From an uncultured Desulfospira sp. (lineage in GTDB: Bacteria; Desulfobacterota; Desulfobacteria; Desulfobacterales; Desulfobacteraceae), in assembly GCA_963663165.1 (NCBI GenBank), contig OY760175.1:32001-96000 (forward strand): DNA of 64,000 nt, read 5' to 3'. Below are positions 47,695 to 57,393 of the stretch, one piece after another. The first letter of the stretch is position 1, and the number at the start of each line of letters is the position of its first letter. Below the pieces are notes generated by a model. That model was not told where the DNA came from. It worked only from the letters and a program-made list of their open reading frames with translations, and searched no databases. Made by a program: the position numbers and the translations under genes.

Positions 47695-49929
47695 TTAAGC
47701 TTTGATTTTACACAGGGTCACAAGGGTGGTTTTGTACTGTCCGCCGCCGAAACCAGAGGCCGCGTGCTGGGGACCCGGAACGATTTTATTGATCTGATAA
47801 TCCCACACCCCGAACAGGTCCGGCTCTTTTCCCTTCATTTCCGGCATCCACCATCCATGCAGGGTATGGACCATTTTCGGATGAACCCGAAGGGAGATCC
47901 TGACCTTGCGTTTGACCTGGCCCATATCGTTCTCAAGATAGATCCATTCACCGTCATAGACATTGAATTCCTTGGCCGTATCCGGATGAACCTCTACATA
48001 GGGGTCCTGGTTTTTTTCTCTGAGCCATGGAATCATGCGGTGTTCGGAGTGGAAAAACAGCGAGGACCTGGCCCCTGTGATCATGATCAAGGGATATTTT
48101 TTATGAAGTTCCGGTGTGGTCACCGGGCTCTGGGGCGGCTCGTCAAAATAGGGGAGGGGATCAAGGCCCCAGCTTTCATAGGCCTTGCAATACAGTTCGA
48201 TCCGGCCGGTGTCCGTATTGAATCCGGGTTTTCCGTCATAGCGCAGCAGCCCCTTTTCATGGCGGCGGTAGGGTCTTGACGGGTCTCCTTTGGGCGGCAT
48301 TTTCTGGGAACCGGTTTTGACCAGATCATCAAAGGTGTATCCGGCTACGGAAAGGCGGTCATTGATCAACTCGCGCACGTTCTTGTATTTGGCATTGGGG
48401 TTGAGGCGATTGGCCATTTCGATATTGATCTCCCAGTCAGAACGGCACTCTCCCACCTGAACGGCTTTCTGCATGATGCCAAGGGGCACCCACCAGGAGC
48501 GGAAGCTCTCTTTTTCGGCAAAGGTGGCCGCCGGCAGGATAATGTCGGCCAGGGCCATGGTGGTGGGGTTGTGGAAAAGATCCACCACGGCCACAAAATC
48601 CAGTTTTTTCAAGGCTTCATAGTGGTATTCGGCCCGGGCTGCCTGGCCGCCCAGGATGTTGGCCGTCTGGATCCATGCCCCTTTGATGGGATAGGGTTTT
48701 CCCGTAGCGATCTGGTCAATGGCCATATCCGGCTGGGCCCATCCCCTGAATCCCTTTACCATGGGATAGGTATCGCATCCGATGCGAAGCTTGTTGAGCT
48801 TGTCCACCAGTTCCTGGCCGTAAAGCCCCACCAGTTCCTCTGTGGAGTAGGGATAGGTGGTCACCCCGTGAGACGGCCTTGCAATGACGTTGCCGCCGGG
48901 GATATCCACATTCCCTGTGATGGTCCACAAATGGGTAATGGCCTGGGCCACGCTGGTGGCCTGGGGGTTCATGTCAATGGGGACGCCCCACTGGATAGCG
49001 GCCGGACTGCTTTCAGCATAAAGGATGGCGGCTTCCCGGATCAGTTTTTCAGGGATCCATGTGATTTGGGAGACCTTTTCCGGGGGATATTCCTGAACCC
49101 GTTCTTTGAGTTTGTCAAACCCGTACACCCACTTGTCCACAAATTCCTTATCGTAAAGTTCGTTGTTGATGATGACATTGAGCATGCCAAGGGCCAGGGC
49201 GCCATCCGTACCGGGTCTGATCTGAAGATGAATTTTGGCCCGGGTGGAGGTCCAGGTGTATCTCGGGTCAACAGAGATGATCTGGCTGCCCCGCTTCATG
49301 CAGTCCACTACCCAATGTCCGAAAAATCCGTCCGGGCAGGTTGGCGGCGGGTTCTGCCCCCAGACAATGATGACTTTGGGCACCTCCCATTCGGGATCAT
49401 CATACCTTTTTGCCGAGAACTGGGAGGCATCCAGCACGGCAAAATCGCCCATGGCGGTTTTCATGGCCCCCAGCCTCGGGGTATAACAGGACTGGCCGGA
49501 AAGACCTAACTGGCACCAGTTGGGGCTGCCGTAATTGTACGCCAGGTAAGAGATGGGGCCGCCCACGTCCCGGCCGGTGCCCTGGGCAAAAATGACGGAC
49601 TCGGCACCATAATTATCCCGAATGTCTTTAAGGCGGGTTTCGCAGATATCTAAGGCCTCATCCCAGGAGATGGGTTCAAATTTTCCCTCGCCCCGTTCCC
49701 CCACCCGTTTAAGGGGGGTGGTAATCCGGTCCGGATGATAGACATACTGCTTCATGGCCAACACCCTTGGGCAAGCCCGCCCCTGGTTCCATGAGGCATT
49801 CTCATCTCCTTCAATTTTGATGAGTTTTCCGTCCTTGACATAGATATTCTGTCCACATCCGCCGTGGCATCCCGCGCCGGCTGACCAAGTGGTTGTCGGA
49901 ATCACCTCAATATTGCTGTTTTGTTCCAT
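47695..49929 (-). CDS. Cytoplasmic bis-MGD molybdopterin oxidoreductase, catechol-dehydroxylase-like clade
   Basis: WSAGAGCHGGCG...GRACPR, HPDR, GTGRD, SGQSCYTPR, FFHSEHR; no Tat signal. Confidence 0.85.
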   Translation of the reverse strand: MEQNSNIEVIPTTTWSAGAGCHGGCGQNIYVKDGKLIKIEGDENASWNQGRACPRVLAMKQYVYHPDRITTPLKRVGERGEGKFEPISWDEALDICETRLKDIRDNYGAESVIFAQGTGRDVGGPISYLAYNYGSPNWCQLGLSGQSCYTPRLGAMKTAMGDFAVLDASQFSAKRYDDPEWEVPKVIIVWGQNPPPTCPDGFFGHWVVDCMKRGSQIISVDPRYTWTSTRAKIHLQIRPGTDGALALGMLNVIINNELYDKEFVDKWVYGFDKLKERVQEYPPEKVSQITWIPEKLIREAAILYAESSPAAIQWGVPIDMNPQATSVAQAITHLWTITGNVDIPGGNVIARPSHGVTTYPYSTEELVGLYGQELVDKLNKLRIGCDTYPMVKGFRGWAQPDMAIDQIATGKPYPIKGAWIQTANILGGQAARAEYHYEALKKLDFVAVVDLFHNPTTMALADIILPAATFAEKESFRSWWVPLGIMQKAVQVGECRSDWEINIEMANRLNPNAKYKNVRELINDRLSVAGYTFDDLVKTGSQKMPPKGDPSRPYRRHEKGLLRYDGKPGFNTDTGRIELYCKAYESWGLDPLPYFDEPPQSPVTTPELHKKYPLIMITGARSSLFFHSEHRMIPWLREKNQDPYVEVHPDTAKEFNVYDGEWIYLENDMGQVKRKVRISLRVHPKMVHTLHGWWMPEMKGKEPDLFGVWDYQINKIVPGPQHAASGFGGGQYKTTLVTLCKIKA

Positions 49930-50085
49930 AACAACTCCTTTTATAATTTTAAAACGGCTAGAATTTTTTTAAAAAAAATGCGCAGCTATCGGCAGGCGGC
50001 TGCAGCCTGTACGGGAACTGCCGATAGCTGACGGCTTTCAACCACAACCAAACGCAATGACTTCCCCAAGACAGGTAAATGATAC

Positions 50086-50101
50086 TTCAACAAACATGCC
50101 A
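50086..50101 (-). promoter_or_regulatory. Putative sigma54 promoter TGGCATGTTTGTTGAA (GA at -12)
   Basis: Correct GG-N10 spacing, variant -12 element; a bEBP gene lies in the same cluster. Confidence 0.55.
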
Positions 50102-50246
50102 TGGCTGTAAAATGTGTTGGAATAGAGGTGTAACGTATTGGAATGTAATGATCTTATTTTGAGGGAAGGCGGTCGGACAAAGAAATCGTCACCAAGGGAA
50201 CCTCCGAAATATCGATCCCCCCTCCAATATATCAGGGGGCAGACGA

Positions 50247-51194
50247 TTAATTGATGGTCGTCCGGGTTTCCCAGTCATCGGGGACCAGGCCGTAATAGGT
50301 TTTGTGGATCACGGCCCGGACAAATATTTCCACGTTGGCCAGCCCCTTGGGATAGGAGACATGCTGCTGGATAAACTGGAAAAGGGTTCCGTTGTTTTTT
50401 GAATGAATGCACAGGATCAGGCCCGAATGGTTGTTCATGGTCATGAGAAACTGGACCTCGGGAAACCGGGATAATTTCGTGCAGATTTCATCGACTTCAT
50501 GGGGCTCTGCTTCCAAAAGGACATAGGCATCGGCCGAATAAGGGGTCAGACGGGAGGGGTTGGGAACCGCGCTGATTTTGATGGCGCCGCTCTTTTGCAG
50601 GGCTTCAATGCGCCGGTAGACCGTAGACAGGTGGGTGCCCGAGGCCCGGGCTAACTGGACCGGATTGGCCCGTCCGTCCCTGGCCAGGGTTTTAACAAAA
50701 TGCCAGTCAGTGTCCTTCATTTTTACAGGATTGCCGGCGCACGGCTGTTTTCCAAAAAACCGGTCATACCGTTTAAACACATCTTTGATAAAATAGGATT
50801 TTACCTTGAGGACGCCGTCCATGGCATAGATTTCATCATCAATAAACCGGTGGAGCTGTTCAATGTCGGGAAAATAGACAATGGCCAGAATGTCGTACCG
50901 TCCGAACACGGTCTGAACCAGGTTGACATGGAAGTTTTCTGAAAGGGCCCGGCAGATGGCCTCATTTTTTGCAAGATTGGTCTTCAGGACAATAACGGCA
51001 CTTGAAAAAAGCCCTAAAAGATACGGGTTGGGCCGGGCAATGATGGAAATCATCTTGTCGGCCAGCAGACGTTCGGTTTTTTTTGCAACGGTCTTGGCGG
51101 TGATGCTCAGTTTCTCAGCCATATCTGAATAGCTGGCACTGCCATCTCTTTGAAGCTCTCTGATGAGCTGGTAGTCGGTTTTATTAAGCTTCAT
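50247..51194 (-). CDS. Lrp/AsnC-family regulator with two tandem HTH-RAM units
   Basis: MKLNKTDYQLIRELQRDG and a second MKDTDWHFVKTLARDGR unit. Confidence 0.88.
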   Translation of the reverse strand: MKLNKTDYQLIRELQRDGSASYSDMAEKLSITAKTVAKKTERLLADKMISIIARPNPYLLGLFSSAVIVLKTNLAKNEAICRALSENFHVNLVQTVFGRYDILAIVYFPDIEQLHRFIDDEIYAMDGVLKVKSYFIKDVFKRYDRFFGKQPCAGNPVKMKDTDWHFVKTLARDGRANPVQLARASGTHLSTVYRRIEALQKSGAIKISAVPNPSRLTPYSADAYVLLEAEPHEVDEICTKLSRFPEVQFLMTMNNHSGLILCIHSKNNGTLFQFIQQHVSYPKGLANVEIFVRAVIHKTYYGLVPDDWETRTTIN

Positions 51195-51215
51195 GGTGTT
51201 GTCCCATTTTACAAA

Positions 51216-51950
51216 TCAGTTGAAAACAGCGGGTTCGATATGAAAGAGGGGGTGGGGCGTTCCGCATTTTAAAGCCGGCTCCAGCACCGGCGGCCTTTCA
51301 AGATTTTCAAGAACGGCCCGGTGCCCCAGGAGTATCTTTTTGGCCCTGTCGGTGTCTTTGAGCCTCACCGCTTCAAGCAGGTTTTTATGCCCCCGTTGAA
51401 GGTCAAGAATCCGGGAAGCCGCCGGGTCATCGGCCCTGAGCCCGATGTAAATCCTCTGGCAGATTTCCCGGTATTGTGAATCAAGATCGGCATTTCCGGC
51501 CATGCTCAGGAAGGCTTCATGGAATTTTGTATCCAAAAGGAAGACCTGGCGATTCAGGCATCCTGAAATCAGGGCTTCGAGGCGGGTTATTTGGCGGATA
51601 AGGGTTTTGAGTCTCGGGGGCGTCATTCTGCAGATGGCCTGGCCGATAAACCCCACCTCGATGGCCTCACGGATTTCATAAAGATCCTGCTTTTCCTTTA
51701 AAGTCAGACGGTGTACGGAATACCCCTGGTTGGGGATGAAGTCAAGATACCCCTCCCGGGCCAGGATGACCAGGGCATTGTTTACCGGTGTCCGGCTTAC
51801 GTTCAGGTGCCGGGCAATATCGGCAAAGATCAGACGCTGCCCCGGCACCACCTCTGAATTGAGCATGAGTTGAATCAGCCAGTAATAGACTTTATGGGTA
51901 AGGGTATTAAACTGTTTCACCGGATAGTCCTTTTTTTTTCTTGCGCTCAT
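51216..51950 (-). CDS. GntR (FadR/FCD) family regulator
   Basis: PGQRL..A..LNVSRTPV..AL; FH motif. Confidence 0.9.
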   Translation of the reverse strand: MSARKKKDYPVKQFNTLTHKVYYWLIQLMLNSEVVPGQRLIFADIARHLNVSRTPVNNALVILAREGYLDFIPNQGYSVHRLTLKEKQDLYEIREAIEVGFIGQAICRMTPPRLKTLIRQITRLEALISGCLNRQVFLLDTKFHEAFLSMAGNADLDSQYREICQRIYIGLRADDPAASRILDLQRGHKNLLEAVRLKDTDRAKKILLGHRAVLENLERPPVLEPALKCGTPHPLFHIEPAVFN

Positions 51951-52146
51951 ACCGTTATGTTTTATTTTGTATAACGCAATATATTTAAATAAGCAAGGGG
52001 TGAAAGTTCAAATTTTTTTTGACGGTTTTTCATAGAAGCTTCAAATAAAAAAATGTGGTATAGTATGAAATACTCAAGTTTTTGGCTCTCCGGGGGCAAA
52101 GACCAACCCGGCAGAAAAAATAAAAAAAATTAAAAAGGAGAAAATT

Positions 52147-52644
52147 TTGAATAAAGCGCGTGTATTGCTGGTAGACGATCAAAAAGAATTTGTTGATCTG
52201 ATGAAAGAACGCCTGGAACTTGCCGGCTACAAGGTGACGGGATGTTATGACCCGGACCAGGCCTTAGAAAACATCCAGGCGGCTGAGTATGATGTGGCCA
52301 TTGTTGACCTTATCCTTGGAGAGGCTGACGGTATTACCATCATGCACCGGCTGAAAATTATCAGCCCCCTGATCGAATGTATTGTCCTGTCCGGCCAGGG
52401 CACCCTGAAAATCGCGGTTGAGGCCATGAAACAGGGGGCCTATGATTTTCTTGAAAAACCCTGTGACCAGGAAAAAGTCATCGAGGTCATTGACGGGGCC
52501 TGCAAAATAAAACGGGAGCATGAAAAACGGATTTTCAATGCCGCCAAAAAGGTCAATGCCATTTTTGAAAAGGCCATGGTCGGCGCCACCTTTGCCCAGG
52601 CAGGGGATATGAATACGGCAGAAAACCTGGTCAAGAAAAAGTAA
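52147..52644 (+). CDS. Response regulator receiver protein with a short C-terminal helix
   Basis: VLLVDD, AIVDL, LSG, GAYDFLEKP; AGGAG RBS, TTG start. Confidence 0.88.
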   Translation: MNKARVLLVDDQKEFVDLMKERLELAGYKVTGCYDPDQALENIQAAEYDVAIVDLILGEADGITIMHRLKIISPLIECIVLSGQGTLKIAVEAMKQGAYDFLEKPCDQEKVIEVIDGACKIKREHEKRIFNAAKKVNAIFEKAMVGATFAQAGDMNTAENLVKKK

Positions 52645-54256
52645 ACCGGTCTTTTTGGGGATCAAACCGGGCCGGATGAGCCAGAACAAACCGGTCAACC
52701 GGCCCGGGATTTTCTTCATGGACAAGGCTTAATGCATGGTACCTGAAAAAGGGCCATGCATTGGCCTGCCCTGGTTCAACAAGACGGTCTAAATCAGGGG
52801 GGGGCTGGTGTTTTAATTTGCCAAATTCTTTTTGGGTCAAAAAGGCGATGATCTTTTTTTGAGCGGTATGGCCCCGGACGTATGACCGGACGGCCCGTAG
52901 AAAAAAACAGACCGCCGCAACCTTTGCTTCGCGGACCGGTTTTTTACGGGTAAAATCCAGGTGGGATCTGATTTGCCGGCGGTACTTTTCTTTTTCTTTG
53001 TCTGAAAGGTTCCGGTATCCCCTATGACCTTTCAGGCCGGCCTGCTTAAGCTTCCCCATTACGGCCGGGATCATGTTTTTACGATGAATTCTGGGACTTT
53101 CGTCAAAAATTTCAAAATACTCTTTAATGCTTCGCATGCCCGGCGGGGTGAGATCTTCGTTACCGTTATCCAGCAGAATGGATTCCACCTGAACATCCAG
53201 CAGATGATCCAGAAAAAAACGGTCTGATGTTTTTCCCACCACCTCCAGGGGTTTAAAATAATCCTTGAGCAGGGCCTGTCTGCCCTGAAGCCGGACCGGG
53301 AAATAGGGGGTGGTTTTAGACACCGCAATTTTCCGGTGCCCCATGGGGTAAAGGGCGGATGTAAAGGTCGGGATAATGATAAACGCGCCGTCCGGGGTGA
53401 TTTCACTGCCGTAGGCGTCGGTGATGGAGGGCTTTACCGTTGTAAAATCCTCATCTAATCCGGCCGGGATCAAAAGGGTGTCCGTATCATGCTGTTTGGG
53501 CAAACAAATCCCTGCAACCTGTTCAATGGCCTTTACCCGTTCCCTGTTTCGTGACGTCAGGCTGACGGAAAAATTAACCTGGTGTTGAATTAACCGCTTG
53601 AGCTGTAAGGTCTTTTTTTTGGGGACCTTGGTTAAAATGCTGTAGGGGGTTTTCCCACAGGGCAGAATATCGTCAAACCCCAGGGGGGGATCTTCCCAGT
53701 CCAAAGGGTCTGACGCCCCGTAAAGGGCCGGATCAGGGTTATGGGACCGGCTGAATTTTTCAAGAAAATATTGGACGGCTTCCCCGGTAAAATGGGCCCG
53801 GACTTTGGGCAGGGCCCACTCGTTGCACCGCCGGCAGAAATTGGAGCAGCCTGTGGTCATCTGGAAGGTAATGGCGGTTTCATAAAGGCGATTCTCCTGC
53901 CAGGGGGCTAAATCCTGTTTTTCAAGCCACTGCTCGGCACTGATATAACGAACCGGGCCGGACTGGTTTTTAACCACATCCCGAAGCAGGGCCTGAAGTT
54001 GTCTGTAACCATCTTTCAAGGCCGGAAAATCTTCTTTAAAGCGTTTGGCAGCCACCTGAATCTGGCGCAGGGCTTTTTCATGGTTTTCCGGCAGGTCCGG
54101 TGACAGAGAAACCGCTTTGTCCCAGATGGTTTTATACAGATCCCGGGCACTGTCCCTGTCCCGGGCATACAAGGCGGCTAAGAATTTATTTTTTAACCCT
54201 TCAAAGGCCGGTTCTTCAGGCTGGATCAGGCAGGTGTTGTTAAATGCATTTATCAT
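52631..54256 (-). CDS. Uncharacterised radical SAM protein
   Basis: FQMTTGCSNFCRRC (CxxxCxxC) followed by LYGASDPLDW; start uncertain. Confidence 0.7.
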   Translation of the reverse strand: MINAFNNTCLIQPEEPAFEGLKNKFLAALYARDRDSARDLYKTIWDKAVSLSPDLPENHEKALRQIQVAAKRFKEDFPALKDGYRQLQALLRDVVKNQSGPVRYISAEQWLEKQDLAPWQENRLYETAITFQMTTGCSNFCRRCNEWALPKVRAHFTGEAVQYFLEKFSRSHNPDPALYGASDPLDWEDPPLGFDDILPCGKTPYSILTKVPKKKTLQLKRLIQHQVNFSVSLTSRNRERVKAIEQVAGICLPKQHDTDTLLIPAGLDEDFTTVKPSITDAYGSEITPDGAFIIIPTFTSALYPMGHRKIAVSKTTPYFPVRLQGRQALLKDYFKPLEVVGKTSDRFFLDHLLDVQVESILLDNGNEDLTPPGMRSIKEYFEIFDESPRIHRKNMIPAVMGKLKQAGLKGHRGYRNLSDKEKEKYRRQIRSHLDFTRKKPVREAKVAAVCFFLRAVRSYVRGHTAQKKIIAFLTQKEFGKLKHQPPPDLDRLVEPGQANAWPFFRYHALSLVHEENPGPVDRFVLAHPARFDPQKDRFTFS

Positions 54257-54555
54257 GGCAAGTGGCCGGCATGGGAACAAACCGGAAAGGGGTTGACTGA
54301 TGTTAAAACTTTAATTCAAAGATATGATAAAAACCATAGCGCCATAACCGTATCCAAGTGTGTTAACCCCAAAGGGAAAGAACACTGGGTTGTCCGGTGC
54401 CTTTGCCATTTAATATCATGTCGATCTTAAAATTCCAACTACCATTAAACCATTAATTAGTGTTACAATTAGCCGGCGCATACGGACCACATTCTTGGCA
54501 ATTGATTTTTCCACGTCAGTCTATATTTTCAATGAATCACGGGAGGGAATCAGGG

Positions 54556-57393
54556 GTGGCTTTTAAACCCGACGATAAAGAACTCAAAGCACAGGTTCGC
54601 CAATTGAAGAAAGAGCTGATTTCCCGGGAACAGACCATCGAATCCCTGGAAAGAAGCCAGAAACGATACCGTTCCCTGGTGGAGACCAGTTCCGACTGGT
54701 TGTGGGAAGTGGACACGACGGGCTGCTACGTTTATTCAAACCCGGGGATACGCGACATTCTCGGATATGAACCCGAAGACGTTATCGGGCGCACCCCCTT
54801 TGATTTCATGCCCGAAGATGAGGCCAGGCGGCTGGCAGAGGGGTTTGGCAAAATCATCGCCAGCCAGCGCCCCTTTGAACTGCTGGAGAATGTGAACCTT
54901 CACCGGGATGGCCGGCGGCTTGTCCTTGAGACCAGCGGGGTCCCGGTGTTTGACGCTGAGGGGCAATTCACGGGCTATCGGGGAATCGACCGGGACATCA
55001 CCAAGAGAAAACAGGTGGAGGATGAACTGCGGAAAATCAGTAGTGAGCTGGAAATCCGGGTGGAAGAACGGACTGCAAAGCTGTCGGCCATGAATGCCGC
55101 TTTAGAGACAGAGATCAACGATCGCAAGCGGGCTGAAGATGAACTCAAACTGGCAAAAGAACTGGCTGAAGAAGCGACCAAAGCCAAGTCTGAGTTTCTG
55201 GCCAATATGAGCCATGAAGTCCGCACCCCCATGAATGCCATCATTGGGCTGAACCATTTACTTGGCCGTACAACGCTGACGAAAAAACAAAAGGATTACG
55301 TGGCCAAAATCGATGCCAGCGCTCAAAGCCTGCTGGGCATTATCATCGATATTCTGGACTTTTCAAAAATAGAAGCCGGGAAACTGAAAATTGAGAATAC
55401 CGGGTTTGACCTGGAATCTGTATTTGATGACCTTTCCAATATCATCAGTATCAAGGCGGCCCAAAAAGGGATTGAGCTGGTATTTGATGTGGCAGGGGAT
55501 GTCCCCTTCGCGCTCAACGGCGACCCATTGCGGCTGGGCCAGATCCTGCTGAACCTGGCCAACAACGCCGTCAAATTTACCGAACAGGGTGAGATTAAAA
55601 TCAGCTGCCGGGTAGAAGTACAAGGTAAAGATTTTGTTGTCTTATATTTCAGCGTCAAGGATACCGGGATCGGCATGAGCGAAGACCAGAAAAATCATCT
55701 GTTTCAGGCATTTTCCCAGGCAGATACGTCGATTTCCCGCAAATACGGCGGCACCGGCCTGGGGTTGACCATTTCCAAAAATCTAAGCGAGTTGATGGGC
55801 GGCCGTATCGGGGTGAAAAGCTGTTACGGAAAGGGCAGTGAATTCTTTTTTACAGTCCGTCTGGGGGTCCAGCAACCGGGGCAGCAAAAAAAACATATTT
55901 GTCCTGATACGTTAAAGGATCTCAGGGTTCTGGTAGTGGATGACAACGAATCCGCCCGGCTGGTTATGGGAAATTATCTCAAGGATTTTGATTTCTTGGT
56001 TGATTGCGTGGAATCCGGTGAGCGTGCCGTTCAATGGGTGTCAGATGCCATAAAAAAAAGTCGCCCGTATCAGCTGATTTTCATGGATTGGCAGATGGGG
56101 GGGATGGATGGCCTTCAAGCATCCCAAAAGATTCTGGGCCTGGCCGGCCAGAAGACAATGCCCCAAATTATCATGGTCACCAGCTATGGGCGCGAGGACA
56201 TCATGGAGAAGGCCTGGTTTGAAGGCATCAATACCTTTTTGATTAAGCCGGTCAGCCAGTCCCTGGTTTTTGATACGATTGTTCAGGCCTTTGGCCAAAG
56301 CAAACCAGACCATAATAGCACTGAAGATATAGATATTCAAAAGCCCTACGACCTGGAGGCTGTCAGGGGGGCGAGAATTCTGCTGGTTGAAGATAATGAG
56401 GTTAATCAGCAGGTGGCCGTGGAGTTGCTGGAATCTGAGCAGCTTGTGGTTGACGTGGCCGCAGATGGAAAAGAAGGACTTGATAAATATCTGGCGTCCG
56501 CTGACACCCCTTATGACCTCATATTGATGGATTTACAAATGCCGGTTATGGATGGCATTACCGCCGCCCGGTGGATCATGGAAAATACTGATTTTAAGGT
56601 TCCGCCGATCATTGCCATGACGGAGGATGCCATGAGCGGTGTTGAAAAAAGGGTATTGGAAGTGGGGATGAAAGATTATGTCATCAAGCCCATTAATCCT
56701 ACAGAACTTTTTCTGGCCCTTGAAAAATGGATTCAGCCATTCAAAAGAAAATTAATTAAAAAGAAAACAAGTTCAGATGACGCCCCTGAAATTGAAATGC
56801 CTGAAATTGAAGGGGTGAATGTTGAAGATGGGGTAAACCGGATCGGTGGAAGTACCGCTGCCTATGTCAAGGTCTTAAGAACGTTTATCAACCGGAACAA
56901 AGGGTTTAAAGAACAGGTCAAAGACGCTTTAAACAGCAACGACCGGCAGGGCGCGGTCCGTTTGGCGCATACCCTGAAAGGGGTGTCCGGCAACATCGGC
57001 GCCATGGCCTTATTTGAGTTAAGCCGAGATTTGGAAACCTGTTTGAAAAAAGAGGGGGCGCTGGATATGAATCGGGTCGATAAATGTCTGGACATTACCG
57101 ATAACGAGCTTGCGCGAACCATAACAGCCATTTCTCATGCCCTGGCCCAAATTAAAATGCCGGATTCCCCGTCGGGAAACCGGCAAATGGATCCACAGGC
57201 CTTTCAACAGCTTGTCCAACAGCTGGAAACCGCCCTCAAAGAGTATGACACCCAGGCGTCTGAACTGCTTTCCCAATTAGAAGGGGCGTCAAGTGACCCC
57301 CAATTTTTACAGACCGCTTCCCAAATGCGGCAGTTCATTGATGCCTTCGACTATTCCGGGGCTTTGGAACTCCTGGGGCATATCAAAATCTAG
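54556..57393 (+). CDS. Hybrid sensor kinase PAS-HisKA-HATPase-REC-REC-Hpt
   Basis: FLANMSHEVRTPMN, NAVKFT, DTGIG, GGTGLGL, two receiver domains, AHTLKG. Confidence 0.95.
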   Translation: MAFKPDDKELKAQVRQLKKELISREQTIESLERSQKRYRSLVETSSDWLWEVDTTGCYVYSNPGIRDILGYEPEDVIGRTPFDFMPEDEARRLAEGFGKIIASQRPFELLENVNLHRDGRRLVLETSGVPVFDAEGQFTGYRGIDRDITKRKQVEDELRKISSELEIRVEERTAKLSAMNAALETEINDRKRAEDELKLAKELAEEATKAKSEFLANMSHEVRTPMNAIIGLNHLLGRTTLTKKQKDYVAKIDASAQSLLGIIIDILDFSKIEAGKLKIENTGFDLESVFDDLSNIISIKAAQKGIELVFDVAGDVPFALNGDPLRLGQILLNLANNAVKFTEQGEIKISCRVEVQGKDFVVLYFSVKDTGIGMSEDQKNHLFQAFSQADTSISRKYGGTGLGLTISKNLSELMGGRIGVKSCYGKGSEFFFTVRLGVQQPGQQKKHICPDTLKDLRVLVVDDNESARLVMGNYLKDFDFLVDCVESGERAVQWVSDAIKKSRPYQLIFMDWQMGGMDGLQASQKILGLAGQKTMPQIIMVTSYGREDIMEKAWFEGINTFLIKPVSQSLVFDTIVQAFGQSKPDHNSTEDIDIQKPYDLEAVRGARILLVEDNEVNQQVAVELLESEQLVVDVAADGKEGLDKYLASADTPYDLILMDLQMPVMDGITAARWIMENTDFKVPPIIAMTEDAMSGVEKRVLEVGMKDYVIKPINPTELFLALEKWIQPFKRKLIKKKTSSDDAPEIEMPEIEGVNVEDGVNRIGGSTAAYVKVLRTFINRNKGFKEQVKDALNSNDRQGAVRLAHTLKGVSGNIGAMALFELSRDLETCLKKEGALDMNRVDKCLDITDNELARTITAISHALAQIKMPDSPSGNRQMDPQAFQQLVQQLETALKEYDTQASELLSQLEGASSDPQFLQTASQMRQFIDAFDYSGALELLGHIKI

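Noticed and set aside
47695..49929. Acetylene hydratase, formate dehydrogenase or nitrate reductase
   Set aside because: Lacks the CxxCD N-terminus with catalytic Asp of acetylene hydratase, the Sec/Cys-His motif of formate dehydrogenase, and a Tat signal
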